IMG/VR virus record: IMGVR_UViG_3300034106_005441
Coordinates: 577-64,576 of that record
DNA length: 64,000 nt
DNA from: a virus
Lineage: Duplodnaviria; Caudoviricetes
Strand: one strand, 5' to 3'
Shown here: positions 38,632 through 48,669 of the stretch, in pieces
Layout of the letters: each line of letters starts with the position of its first letter
How positions within the stretch are numbered: the first letter of the stretch is position 1
Program-made: the position numbers and the translations under genes
The notes under the pieces: model-generated
What the model was told of the DNA's origin: nothing
Databases searched by the model: none
What the model saw: the letters and a program-made list of their open reading frames with translations, nothing else

Positions 38632-40584
38632 TTACAGTGTTTTTGGCGGTGAGCCTAGTGGGACTTGCGGGGTACTTGCGGGGTACTTGGGGGGTACTTG
38701 GGGTGTCGGCTCTGGTTTCCAGCCGCTCGTCGCGCCCGAAAGACCGAACTGCTCGCCGCGCGCTAAAGCCGGCACGTAACTGCTGCCCGCCGCGTCACTG
38801 GCTCGCCCACGATGCACGCTATCTAAGAAACCGCGCTCCTGATACGAGCCCAACATGCGTGTCATCCAATCGGGGTCGTTAGAAATATTGGCCATGCCGC
38901 GCACCATCTCAGACTCAAACGGCGGCGGTTCTTTATGCGCTTGAATGTTGTTAATGCCATACTTCTTGAGGTTATCAGCGACGCTCTTGGTAATCTTGGT
39001 GCCAATCGAGTAGTGCAGTGCCGGTTCTTCCAGATAATGATTTGAGAGCGTGGCTGGATTACCCGCAATGGCGCCGTCTCTCGGCCGCCACGAGCGCTCT
39101 AGCATTGAATACGGCACCACGTCGTCTGGGGCGTAGTCGCCGTACTCGTCGTTCATGCGCACATGGTTAATAAGCCCGCGCGCGACCAGTTCAATGTTTC
39201 GACGATGCGAGGTGATGCCAGAGTTCTTCAAAACGTCGCGCATGGCGGAGACGAAATAGCGGCGTCCTTCGCCGACGCCTTTGTGTCGCACTATCTCGGC
39301 GGGATTAGGCATGCCGTCTGAGAGCACGTCGCCGGCCTCCAGCGGGTCGCCCTTTTTTACAGAGACTACTCGGTCGGCGGGGACGTAGTGCTCCTCGCCG
39401 TCCACGACGACGTACGAGCCGCCTTGGGCCGCTGGGCGGATTTCCTGCACGCGGCCTTCACGCTGGGCGTGCGTGGCGCCGTCAGGATATTTCTTTGGCA
39501 CTTGCACCAGTGCGTTAATAGCCTTAAAGCCGCCGATAGACTTTGCACCGCCGACACCGCCGGAGTGCTTGGACGAAAGCTGAGACTGCGAGACTGGCTC
39601 GGACAACGCCTGCGCGGCTGCAACGCCGACGTAATCACCCACCGGCGGCAAACGACCCTTTTCCCGATAGCCGACATCGCGGGCGTATACGCCGCCGTCT
39701 TCGGGGCCGCCGACAGTCGGGCTGCGCACTAAAATATCTTTAATCCCCATTTCTTTGAGGTCTTTAAGAATCTTGGGGGTGAGCAACGTGTTGCGCTTAT
39801 ACTGGCCAATCGGGCGGGCAAGAAACGCGCCCTCGTTATCTGGGTCGTCGACGTCCGAAGGCATGCCGCGGTTATGGGCCGTAGCGATGCGCTCCTCGTC
39901 GTCATCGTCATCAGCGGTCACAAGCAGACGATGCGCCATCTGCGTCAACTGCTTGCCGTAAAAGCCCGCGTCGGCCGTGGCTGTCTTAACGTCAATCACA
40001 CCCTTGCGCGTCCCGAAGCTGGCGGCGAAGTATTCCGCCGGCGTTAAACCGCGGCCGTACGAGCGCAACACCGGCAGCGGTATCGGCTCGTCTTTGTGGT
40101 CAACGTACTGCATGTCGGCGCCGATAAGCGAGTTCAGCGTAAACTTGTTGCCACTACCGCCGCCTAACACCTGATGCACCAACGGGTTGTTATTTTCTAG
40201 CGCCTCGTTGTACACGTCTTCGACGAGTTTTTTTTGCGTGTCAGCGGCGAGTTGCAGAATTTTTAACTGCCGCTCTTTTTCCGACGTGCCGGGCGTCGCC
40301 ATGATGCCGCGCAGCTTTTTACGTACTTCTAATTCCGCACGCCGACTGGCGAACGTCGGCTTGATGTCTTTTAGCCCCATCGACAGGCCGCCCGTCGAGT
40401 ACGCCACGTCGCGAGAGACGTCATGAATCTTCTTCATGACTTCGCGGTATTTATCGGGGTGGCGCTTTGCTAGATCAGTGGCCAGCGCGCCCATATTCTT
40501 CTTGTCGAGCACGCGGTCGTAGTTCCGCATGTCTTCCGGCAACGCTTCGTTGATGAGTAACTGGCCTAACGTTGTTTTTAACAC
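38632..40584 (-). CDS. DNA-directed RNA polymerase, beta' C-terminal half
   Basis: TTLGQLLIN; bridge helix GLTPAEYF..GTRKGVIDVKTATADAGF; trigger loop GVAAAQALSEPVSQSQLSSKHSGG; SHRRNIELVAR. Confidence 0.9.
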   Translation of the reverse strand: MLKTTLGQLLINEALPEDMRNYDRVLDKKNMGALATDLAKRHPDKYREVMKKIHDVSRDVAYSTGGLSMGLKDIKPTFASRRAELEVRKKLRGIMATPGTSEKERQLKILQLAADTQKKLVEDVYNEALENNNPLVHQVLGGGSGNKFTLNSLIGADMQYVDHKDEPIPLPVLRSYGRGLTPAEYFAASFGTRKGVIDVKTATADAGFYGKQLTQMAHRLLVTADDDDDEERIATAHNRGMPSDVDDPDNEGAFLARPIGQYKRNTLLTPKILKDLKEMGIKDILVRSPTVGGPEDGGVYARDVGYREKGRLPPVGDYVGVAAAQALSEPVSQSQLSSKHSGGVGGAKSIGGFKAINALVQVPKKYPDGATHAQREGRVQEIRPAAQGGSYVVVDGEEHYVPADRVVSVKKGDPLEAGDVLSDGMPNPAEIVRHKGVGEGRRYFVSAMRDVLKNSGITSHRRNIELVARGLINHVRMNDEYGDYAPDDVVPYSMLERSWRPRDGAIAGNPATLSNHYLEEPALHYSIGTKITKSVADNLKKYGINNIQAHKEPPPFESEMVRGMANISNDPDWMTRMLGSYQERGFLDSVHRGRASDAAGSSYVPALARGEQFGLSGATSGWKPEPTPQVPPKYPASTPQVPLGSPPKTL

Positions 40585-40593
40585 GGCACTTCA

Positions 40594-40818
40594 TCAGTTT
40601 TTAGGCGGTGGCGGCAGTTCGTGCACTTTTGGCGCCGGAGTCTCTACCCCCGACATTTTCAGCACAGTCGCAAAATCTTCGTCGCCCACTGCAGAGTACA
40701 TAATGCCCTCGGCAACGTGGGTGGCGACAAAAATAGGATTGTGCAGGTCGTCTTCGATAACGACGGTGTGCGCTTTCGCTTCCGCAGGAATTAAATTGTG
40801 CTGCGTCTTAACCAGCAT
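40594..40818 (-). CDS. Small hypothetical protein between the RNAP genes
   Basis: 74 aa, GGAG RBS, overlaps the upstream stop. Confidence 0.6.
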   Translation of the reverse strand: MLVKTQHNLIPAEAKAHTVVIEDDLHNPIFVATHVAEGIMYSAVGDEDFATVLKMSGVETPAPKVHELPPPPKN

Positions 40819-41524
40819 GATTCGTCAAACTCCGGCAAAGAGCAGCCACGGCGCTTGCTTTCGTTTGAAGGTCCACGTTATCTGGCGATGAGACCGTAGA
40901 TGTCACGCTCTGATCTACCGGACGGCCGATCCGGGAGGCGTGCTGGTCGACAGCGTCCCACCAGTTCGCCATCTTGGGTGGGCCGCCGGCTTCCGGAGGC
41001 ATGCCGCCTGCGGCGGCCGGGTCACCACCCGCGCCCTGCTGCGGCGGCGGAGGCGCCATGGGGCCACCGGGAAGCGCAGTTTCAGCCGGCGGGGCGCCAG
41101 TTGTGCCGGGCGGAAGCACAAGCGATTCCGGCGCAACTTGCACGCCCATGGCGTTCATAATCGCCGTAAGCTGCTGCTGCATGTTGTACAGCCGGTAATC
41201 AAGCATCTGCATCATTTGCTCGGGCTTTAGTTTTTGCCCACCGGCGGCGCCAGCCGCCGGAGGTGGCGCGGGTTGCGCCGGCGGCAATCCGCCCATCATC
41301 GACGGGTCTGTCATGCCCGGAGGAGCCGCGGGCGCCTGCTGTGCGGCCGGATCGCCGGCGGGGGGCGCAGCGCCTGCAGCGGCCTGCATCGGCGTAGCCG
41401 GCGGCATGACGCCCATATCATTCGGCATGGGGGCGGCGGCTGATGGCGGCACAACGGCCGACTTTTCCAGCAAAGACTGGCGGGCCAGCGACAAAAGTTC
41501 CGGATTCACAGTATAAGACATCAT
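40808..41524 (-). CDS. Pro/Ala-rich hypothetical protein between the RNAP genes
   Basis: 238 aa, low complexity, GGAGG RBS, KSA and KMA motifs. Confidence 0.65.
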   Translation of the reverse strand: MMSYTVNPELLSLARQSLLEKSAVVPPSAAAPMPNDMGVMPPATPMQAAAGAAPPAGDPAAQQAPAAPPGMTDPSMMGGLPPAQPAPPPAAGAAGGQKLKPEQMMQMLDYRLYNMQQQLTAIMNAMGVQVAPESLVLPPGTTGAPPAETALPGGPMAPPPPQQGAGGDPAAAGGMPPEAGGPPKMANWWDAVDQHASRIGRPVDQSVTSTVSSPDNVDLQTKASAVAALCRSLTNHAG

Positions 41525-41544
41525 TACCTCCGTGTAATATCAAT

Positions 41545-44500
41545 TCAGGCTTTATCTTCTACGATGTGTACCGGCGTGTCCACGTCAATCTCGCCGCGCC
41601 GATATGCCGACAGAGCATCCTTCTTGCTGCGATAAACCCGCGGCTTCGACCGATTGTTCATTTTACTGGAAGCTAAGTATACACCAGTCTGATAATCCTT
41701 GTTCGGTACATAGTGCGCTTTAAAGTTCGCCGTGGCAAAAAGGTTTTTACTGGGGAGCATCTTTTCGACAGCTTCCTTGGCGGCGTCGTCGGTGCTCGGG
41801 ACGTGATACTGCATGGCGTCCCCGTCAAAATCGGCCCCGAAGCCCTTTGTAATAACAGGATTTACTTCCATGACCTTGTTTTTGGTCAGGCGCGGATAAA
41901 ACGCCATAACCCCGTACCTGTGCAAGACCGGCGCGCGGTTAATAACAATAGGCTTAGAATTCATTTGCTTGTCGAGTTCGTCAAAAGCTGCCTTGTTTTT
42001 GTCCTCTACAGCGCGCAAAGCTTCCATTCTGGGCAAACCCCGTCGCACGAGGCCACGCACGACAAACGGCTTATAAATCTCCCATGCTTTTTCTTCGGGG
42101 AGCGCGACTTCGTCCATGTCCAAGTCGGGATTCGGGGTAATCACAGCACGGCCCACAAGATCGACGGTGCTGGACAGCAGTTTGCGCTGCATGGTGCCGA
42201 ACTTAGGGCTGTCCCCGAATATCTTGGACAGGAAGCCCCGGACATTGCGCTCGACGTTCTTGGGGTGCTGCGGGTCGCCAAGTCCGGTGACGGCTTTCAT
42301 CGAGTCGTAAAGAGACAGGCGCTCGTTCCCGTAATCGGCAAATGCGCCAGACGCCTCTTTTAAGACGTTATTGGATTCAAGCAGTTCTTTGTAGAGATAA
42401 TTGGCGTCATCTACGAGCGGAAGCTTTTTAGCCCCCATTGTCGAGACAGGCCGGAACGCAGGGGGCAACACGCCGACCTTGGTGAGCATCCAGCTTTCAG
42501 GATTTACACCAGTAGCTTCGGCGCCCTTTAAAAAGCCTAGACGGCGTACGGCGGCATCTCGAATAGTTTTGCGGCCTGATTTGATATCTTCCCGCGCTTG
42601 GTCAATAGCCTTCGGAACGTTAATGCGCTTCAAAGCATCCTGAATGGCCGCAGGTCCCGTTGAGTCGCCCAGTTTGTCTTGGCCAGCGAGAATGCCACGG
42701 AATTGCTTTTCAGTAAGCCCAAGAACGCGGCGAATGGGTTCTTCCATAATCGGGTTGGGCATTGGCTCGTGTAACGTGATCTTCGCCCAACGATTGCCGC
42801 CATGACCCCCCGTAAGCGTCTCATCGAACAAGCCGCCTTTGATGGGCTTGAGATTGCCTTTCCAGTCGACGGTCTCGGCGCTGGTTAATTCACGGTCTCC
42901 AGCCAGTTCGTCGATGGACTTGTCGGTCAGGGCCATGATGTGCGTTTTAGTTCCCGTACGCACTGTATTCACGCCAGAAGCCCGCAGTTGATTTACAAAC
43001 TTCTCGTAGACGTGCGGAACTTTGGGGAGCGGCGGGTCGTAGCCAGCCATGAATTGCGTCCAGTATTCAGGGTTGGCTTGGCCGCGTACCATTTTAGAAT
43101 CGCGTACTACTTTGCCGGCGCCGTGGGAAAGCAGAGCGCCTAGTTCCAGCATCCCGACTCGCTTGGCGCCTTCAGAGCCACCTTTCGCGGGTGTGCCTTC
43201 GGCTGTGTATCCACCGGTAGAGCGGCCTTGACCTTTAGACTCGGCTGTGTGGTGGAGCTTCATAAAGAACCGATGGCCAGTTAAAATTCCCTTGATCTTC
43301 CGGCCAGATTCCGGGTCAGTCAGGTCTTCGGTATCAGACAGGCCGTTTTTGGCGAGTTCCTGCTGCGCGTACTCTATTAAGTCCCGCTGGTCGTCGAAGT
43401 CTTTAATTTTGAATGGCTGGCCGGTCTTGGCGGCGATTTTGCCCAGTGCCGCCTCAACGATCTGGGCGGGGTTTACACGGTTAATAAGTCCGAGGGGGCT
43501 GACAAGTATCTCCATCGGGTTTCCGTCCTTGTCGGCGGGCATCTGGCCGTCTGGGACGATTTCAGATACCACGCCCTTGTCGCCAAACCTCCCAGTGATC
43601 TTGTCGCCCACTTCCATCTGAGACTGAGACTTTACAACAACCGAGACGCCCTTCTTGGTGTGCTCAACGTCCGTAACAATTCCGGGCGAATGATGGTCCC
43701 ACGTAATAGTTTCGTTAGCAAAAGACCCGCCACGACCTCGATGGACTTTGCCGTATACCTGATCGCGCTTTTTGGCGACGAGGACGAGCGGGTCACCAAA
43801 GTTCACAGTCATGCCCTTCTTGATAGCGCCGTTGTCGTCAAAGTTATCTAACAGCTTTTTGTCGTACTCAGAAGGAAACAGCGACATGAAAGCTTTTTTG
43901 CCGACGTGAGTGTTATCGTCCCATTCGGCTTCGTTCTGATACATGTGCTGGCTGGTGAGTCTTTTGGCGGCAGACTCGGAAATTACTACAGCGTCTTCGT
44001 AGTTTCTTCCTCGGAACGGCAGATAGCCCACGCGGAGGTTTAATCCCAGCGCAGCAGAGCCGTTCTTGTCCGTAAAGTTCGACGTTGCGAGAAGCTGGCC
44101 GGGTTTGACTACGTCGCCGGGCTGCACCGTAGGCGTCTGCGTCCAAAACGTCTTCCGGTTGAACGGCATGTCGTTATACAAATCAATAACTTGCTTCTGG
44201 CCGTTTTGGTCGCGCAGAATAATTTCGTCAGGAGTAATAGACTCGATTTTGCCGCCGAATTGTGATTTGATGGCGCCCAATTTCTCGCCCATCTCGTCTT
44301 CATGCGAGGTGCCCGGCGTGTCCGCTTTTTCAGACTGCACAAATGGGGCTTCCGCGTTGGCGAGAGGTAGCGCCTGTGTAAACATTCGGCTACCCATGAT
44401 GACGCGCTGGCCTTTTACCATAGACTTCATCGGCACCATATTTGTGAGGGCCGAGAAAGTGCTGTCCATATTGGGAACAGTGTATTGCGCGTCTTTTTTG

Positions 44501-45960
44501 GGCACGTATTTAATCTTGCCGTTTACTAAAGCCGCGACCATAGGCAGATCAGACTTTTCTTCGCCGGGAAACATCAGCGGCATGTCGGCGAGTTCTTGCG
44601 GAGTTTTATACTCAGTCTCGCCAGTCTGAGAGTTTTTTACGGGCACAACGAAAGTGTGTAAGTTCTGCGCGGATTTACGGGCGCCAGCAGCAAAACGCAT
44701 ATCGACACCCACTTTGCCGCTTTCAGGCGTGCGCAGATAGTCGATGAAGCCAAAATGACTCGGCTGCACGCTACGAGATTCGGCGGGGACTGCGTCGAGG
44801 GACCCAATACCGCCTTCGCCCAGTCGAGTTACGCGCGTTTGGTGGTCGAAGATTTCCGCAGGGTTGATTTCTTCGAGACTGGAGCCAAGGCCAGACCCGA
44901 TGAGCGCTGCGGTAATCGACTTGTTAAACACGCCCGACGGAATGTGATCCAGAGACTTCTTGGCCGTGGCTTTCCAGAGCAATTGGCGCAAGGCTGTCTT
45001 GTCCTTGACGAAGCGCTCGGAAATTAAATCTTCCGGGCCAAAGACTTGCTGATAAGTCATGCTATCGCGGTCGTCAGAGTCGGCCTCTTTGCGATTTACG
45101 GCAATCAGCTTCTTGGTAATATCCAGAATCGCGTCGGGAGTGAGGTTCTTGTAAGGCTTGCCGAGCGTGCGTTTGGTGACTTCTTCGTCCAACTCTGTCT
45201 TGTTAAACTCTGCCGCGATAGCCTTGATCTTAGCGATCTGGTCTGCGTTGGCGTCTGGTTTGAAAACGAGGCGTTGATAAAGTTTGTCGAGCGTGCCGGC
45301 GTCGCCCTTCTGCATGTTAACCGCAGTGATTTCGTTACCCCAAGTTTCGCGCATTTGCTTGTCAGTCACGCCGAGCGTCTTGAGCAGCGGCATGAGCGGA
45401 ATCTTAGCCTGCCCGATCTGAATCTGGAACTCACCAGACTTGGGGTCCATGTAGTACCGGTGAGAGCGACCTTTACCGGGCAGCGTATTAACGTGCGACT
45501 CCAGTTCGCCGTTCTCCTTCTCGCGCGTGAAAACACCCGGGCGCAAACGGAGTTGATGCGCAAGCGTGTACTCAACGCCTTTGTTCACGAATGTGCCGGA
45601 GTCCGTAAGGTACGGCACATTGGCGATCGTGGCTTGACGCGACGCGACGGGCTGCTGCGTCTTGTTATCGATCAGCGTCCAAGTGCCAGTGAGCTTACGC
45701 GCCAAAGAGCCGCGCGTGAGCACAGCTTTCTTCTGGTCTTTGCGGCTGTAGCGGTCGGGGCCGGCGTATCCGACGTTCTGTAACTGCAGAGTGTACAGGT
45801 CGTTCTGGATCGGCTCAATGCTCGACGCGCTGCGCAACGCTTCGTTAAAGATATTATCGCGCAGAGCGGGCACATCGCCGAATGCGCGAGTTTGCGGCTG
45901 CGAAATAGCCGGCGCAGTTAACGGCGGCAGTGGCGGCGGTGAAAACTGGTCAGGCATCAC
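41545..45960 (-). CDS. DNA-directed RNA polymerase, beta fused to the beta' N-terminal half
   Basis: Beta motifs (HFGFID..TPESGKVG, MGSRMFTQALPL, GRNYEDAVVIS, GDKITGRFGDKGV, MKLHH, GAKRVGMLE) run in-frame into beta' motifs (GGLFD, LPPAFRP, GRAVITP, NRAPVLHR, catalytic GADFDGDAM). Confidence 0.92.
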   Translation of the reverse strand: MMPDQFSPPPLPPLTAPAISQPQTRAFGDVPALRDNIFNEALRSASSIEPIQNDLYTLQLQNVGYAGPDRYSRKDQKKAVLTRGSLARKLTGTWTLIDNKTQQPVASRQATIANVPYLTDSGTFVNKGVEYTLAHQLRLRPGVFTREKENGELESHVNTLPGKGRSHRYYMDPKSGEFQIQIGQAKIPLMPLLKTLGVTDKQMRETWGNEITAVNMQKGDAGTLDKLYQRLVFKPDANADQIAKIKAIAAEFNKTELDEEVTKRTLGKPYKNLTPDAILDITKKLIAVNRKEADSDDRDSMTYQQVFGPEDLISERFVKDKTALRQLLWKATAKKSLDHIPSGVFNKSITAALIGSGLGSSLEEINPAEIFDHQTRVTRLGEGGIGSLDAVPAESRSVQPSHFGFIDYLRTPESGKVGVDMRFAAGARKSAQNLHTFVVPVKNSQTGETEYKTPQELADMPLMFPGEEKSDLPMVAALVNGKIKYVPKKDAQYTVPNMDSTFSALTNMVPMKSMVKGQRVIMGSRMFTQALPLANAEAPFVQSEKADTPGTSHEDEMGEKLGAIKSQFGGKIESITPDEIILRDQNGQKQVIDLYNDMPFNRKTFWTQTPTVQPGDVVKPGQLLATSNFTDKNGSAALGLNLRVGYLPFRGRNYEDAVVISESAAKRLTSQHMYQNEAEWDDNTHVGKKAFMSLFPSEYDKKLLDNFDDNGAIKKGMTVNFGDPLVLVAKKRDQVYGKVHRGRGGSFANETITWDHHSPGIVTDVEHTKKGVSVVVKSQSQMEVGDKITGRFGDKGVVSEIVPDGQMPADKDGNPMEILVSPLGLINRVNPAQIVEAALGKIAAKTGQPFKIKDFDDQRDLIEYAQQELAKNGLSDTEDLTDPESGRKIKGILTGHRFFMKLHHTAESKGQGRSTGGYTAEGTPAKGGSEGAKRVGMLELGALLSHGAGKVVRDSKMVRGQANPEYWTQFMAGYDPPLPKVPHVYEKFVNQLRASGVNTVRTGTKTHIMALTDKSIDELAGDRELTSAETVDWKGNLKPIKGGLFDETLTGGHGGNRWAKITLHEPMPNPIMEEPIRRVLGLTEKQFRGILAGQDKLGDSTGPAAIQDALKRINVPKAIDQAREDIKSGRKTIRDAAVRRLGFLKGAEATGVNPESWMLTKVGVLPPAFRPVSTMGAKKLPLVDDANYLYKELLESNNVLKEASGAFADYGNERLSLYDSMKAVTGLGDPQHPKNVERNVRGFLSKIFGDSPKFGTMQRKLLSSTVDLVGRAVITPNPDLDMDEVALPEEKAWEIYKPFVVRGLVRRGLPRMEALRAVEDKNKAAFDELDKQMNSKPIVINRAPVLHRYGVMAFYPRLTKNKVMEVNPVITKGFGADFDGDAMQYHVPSTDDAAKEAVEKMLPSKNLFATANFKAHYVPNKDYQTGVYLASSKMNNRSKPRVYRSKKDALSAYRRGEIDVDTPVHIVEDKA

Positions 45961-47204
45961 ACACCTCGTGCCGACGCCGGACCAGCCTCATTTGTTAAAC
46001 GCTTTACTTCCGCCAACTCAGTCGGATCAATCCACGGCGTGTCCAGCCCCTGCATTCTGCGCCGCGCTTCGCGTGCCTTCTGGAGATTGCGCGCTTCAGA
46101 CCTAGCCTTCGTCTGATCGTACATGTACTTAGCGCCAATGGCCCCGGCGCCGAGTCCGCCAGTCAGCATTAAATTTGTAAACACACTGTTCGTGTCCTTG
46201 ATGGCGCGGTCGGCGGGTTCGAATAGCACGTCGTAGAAGTACTGCGGGACCGTGCGATCTTTCTGTGCAAATGGCGTGATATTTTTAAAGTAATTCTCCC
46301 ACGTGCGCGCAACAAGGGCCTGTTTCTCGAACTTCTCTGGTGCGGCCTTATACGCGTCGTACAGCACGTCTAGCTGAGCATCCAACGCGGCCTTCTTTTC
46401 TGATTGGTCGTCTTGCTCTTCTTTTTTCTCTTCCGGCGGTTTGCGACCAGTCAGCGCCTCGAAGTAACTGCGGCGAGCGGCTTCGACCTTTTGCAAATTT
46501 TTCTCGTTTTCATTTTGTCGCGCGGCGGTATCGACAAGTGCCAGTCCGCCCGCAGCGCCAGCGGCGGGAAGAGTTGCGTTCAACACACTGCGCCAAGCGT
46601 CGTGACCCGACGATTCAGAATCGTAGTCGCTTCTACCGGGGCGAAACGGACCTGTAAGTGTGCGCGGCATATTTTCAGACACGTAGTGCCAAAGCGGCCG
46701 TGACGTAGCGGCGGCAGTGCCTAAACCGCCAACACCGCCGAGCGTTGCTCCTAAAATCGCATTTTGTCGCCGACGGCCCTTCGGCGCTCGGGCGGCGCCG
46801 ATAAGCGCGCCCGCGCCAGCACCCAAAGCTGGCGCCATTACAAACATCGGATCGAGTGCGGCGGCTTTGGCGTTGCCGGCCGTCAAGAAAGGCAACGACG
46901 GCATCTCAGGTAAAAGAGATTCCTCTTCGTCTTCCGCTGGCACAGTAACCTCAGAAATCGGCTCGTTCGCGACGGCGACAGGGTCGGGAATAGCTGTGGC
47001 TTGACGATACTTATCAGCCAAATAGCGCGATAGATAATATAAGCCGCCGACGCCAAGACCTGCCAGACCACTATACATAACGCCTTTACGAAATTCGTCG
47101 CCAATTCCGGCGTTGTTCTGTCTGTCATACGCCTCGCTGCGGCCGGGAGGCAATGGTCGCGACGCGCCCCATGTCGACTCAGCCGCTGTTTTATTGATGC
47201 TCAT
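45957..47204 (-). CDS. Hypothetical protein with Gly-rich hydrophobic segments
   Basis: 415 aa, several GxxxG-type segments, KTA, KAA and KQA motifs. Confidence 0.65.
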   Translation of the reverse strand: MSINKTAAESTWGASRPLPPGRSEAYDRQNNAGIGDEFRKGVMYSGLAGLGVGGLYYLSRYLADKYRQATAIPDPVAVANEPISEVTVPAEDEEESLLPEMPSLPFLTAGNAKAAALDPMFVMAPALGAGAGALIGAARAPKGRRRQNAILGATLGGVGGLGTAAATSRPLWHYVSENMPRTLTGPFRPGRSDYDSESSGHDAWRSVLNATLPAAGAAGGLALVDTAARQNENEKNLQKVEAARRSYFEALTGRKPPEEKKEEQDDQSEKKAALDAQLDVLYDAYKAAPEKFEKQALVARTWENYFKNITPFAQKDRTVPQYFYDVLFEPADRAIKDTNSVFTNLMLTGGLGAGAIGAKYMYDQTKARSEARNLQKAREARRRMQGLDTPWIDPTELAEVKRLTNEAGPASARGV

Positions 47205-47217
47205 ACGCCCACCAATG

Positions 47218-47565
47218 CTATTTAGGCGGAATCATGCCGTAAACCTGACACCACTCCAACCACACTCTGTAATGTTTTTTTTCTTCGTCCCAGTGGTTTT
47301 CACGCCGCTGCATCATATACCAGCCGTTCACGATTTTATCATTTATGTCGTCAAATTCGATTTTTTGCTGTTCGTCCCACAACTCAAACATTTTTGATTT
47401 AAAGTCGAGCCGGAAATCGATGTTTTCGAGTTCGTCTTGCTTTAAATTTGGCGTCACGCCCGACGCGGCTAAAACGGGAAAGCCTTCCGGCGTGCCTGGC
47501 CAATGCAGACGCTGGCCGCCGTGCTGACTGCCTGAAATTTCGCCGAAGTACTTCCGTGTACTCAC
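47218..47565 (-). CDS. Hypothetical protein
   Basis: 115 aa, GTG start with GAGGAG RBS. Confidence 0.65.
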   Translation of the reverse strand: MSTRKYFGEISGSQHGGQRLHWPGTPEGFPVLAASGVTPNLKQDELENIDFRLDFKSKMFELWDEQQKIEFDDINDKIVNGWYMMQRRENHWDEEKKHYRVWLEWCQVYGMIPPK

Positions 47566-47577
47566 AACATCTCCTCG

Positions 47578-48063
47578 TTAAGAATCCAAACCGCGCGACG
47601 AGCGGTATTTTTCATAATCCCGCCGCGCTTTCAACCGCTTAGCCTGAATACGATATGCCTGCTCTAATTCATCCGCCTTCAAATCGTCGTCGGTAATTTT
47701 GGGGTCGGTCAGCTTGGCTGCGCCCCAACCCAAACCACCACCGAGGGCTAAACCGCCCGCAATCGGCGCGCCGAGAAATAACAGGCCGGCGTTCGGTACG
47801 TTTTCGCCGACTGTGCGGGCGGCACCGTATGCTCCAGCGGCGCCAGCCCCTAATGCGCCAGCGCCCAAAAGAGAGCCGCCGGATCGCACGGCCTGACCGG
47901 CACGCGCGGCCCACGGGGCTAGCCGCGCGGCAAGCGGCGCTAACCAGCCCCACGCTGTTTTGACGCGATATTCAATCTGATCGTCATTCCAACCGGCTTC
48001 TTTGCAGTACGCCATAAAGCCGGCTTTAAACGCCGCTTTTTCTGTTACGCTATCAAAATCCAT
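47578..48063 (-). CDS. Hypothetical Gly-rich membrane-type protein
   Basis: 161 aa, glycine-zipper segments, KAA and KTA motifs. Confidence 0.65.
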   Translation of the reverse strand: MDFDSVTEKAAFKAGFMAYCKEAGWNDDQIEYRVKTAWGWLAPLAARLAPWAARAGQAVRSGGSLLGAGALGAGAAGAYGAARTVGENVPNAGLLFLGAPIAGGLALGGGLGWGAAKLTDPKITDDDLKADELEQAYRIQAKRLKARRDYEKYRSSRGLDS

Positions 48064-48064
48064 G

Positions 48065-48556
48065 TCACTCTCCCGGCAGAATTAACTTTTTTGGGGCGCT
48101 TTGGCCAGCCCCCATTGTAAAATCTGGGGCGACATGTTTTCCAGTGTCTCTTCCCAGCGGCAGCGAGCCGGGAAGCGCCGTCGAGAAATTCGCCGCGGAG
48201 GCCAACGAAATCCGGCTTTTACGGTTTGGACGATGTTTAATAAACCACGCATCAACCTTGGGGTCGCTGCGGTCGCCCTGCTCTTTGGCCTCGTACGTAC
48301 AAGCGATCATCTCCTCAACCGCCTTAATAAGCTCATTGCGGTCGGCCGATAGCCACGACGCCTTGGTCGGATTCTCGGCGGCAATAGTGCGCAGCCGGCG
48401 TGCCTCGTCAGAAAGTGCCTGCGCCCGCTGTAAAAACTCGCGGCGCGTCAGGACGAAAAATTCACCGGTGTCTTCGTCGTGCAGACAAATGAAACCGTTC
48501 TCGGCGTAAAACTTCAGTCCTCGAAACGTATAACACTTGCCGGTAACTTTATGCAT
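48065..48556 (-). CDS. Hypothetical protein
   Basis: 163 aa; sigma70-like TTGCCG-N17-TATACA upstream (about 48605-48633). Confidence 0.6.
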   Translation of the reverse strand: MHKVTGKCYTFRGLKFYAENGFICLHDEDTGEFFVLTRREFLQRAQALSDEARRLRTIAAENPTKASWLSADRNELIKAVEEMIACTYEAKEQGDRSDPKVDAWFIKHRPNRKSRISLASAANFSTALPGSLPLGRDTGKHVAPDFTMGAGQSAPKKLILPGE

Positions 48557-48669
48557 CCTTGCACCTTCCGTAGCGTATAGCGAGCGTCAGCCTCCGTAAT
48601 GCACTGTATATCGGACATTACGTATTTCGGCAACGGCATTCTATTTCCGGATAATTGCGCCGCAGCCAA

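Noticed and set aside
38660-38704. Short ggggtacttg-like repeats
   Set aside because: They encode the Pro-rich C-terminal tail of the beta' fragment; too short and irregular to call a separate element
40594-41545. Intron or intein splitting beta'
   Set aside because: No recognisable group I/II intron core, homing endonuclease or intein termini; the intervening ORFs have their own RBS
38632-45960. Host chromosomal rpoBC or a chimeric contig
   Set aside because: No ribosomal-protein genes nearby; the subunits are shortened and rearranged and share strand and signals with the flanking phage genes
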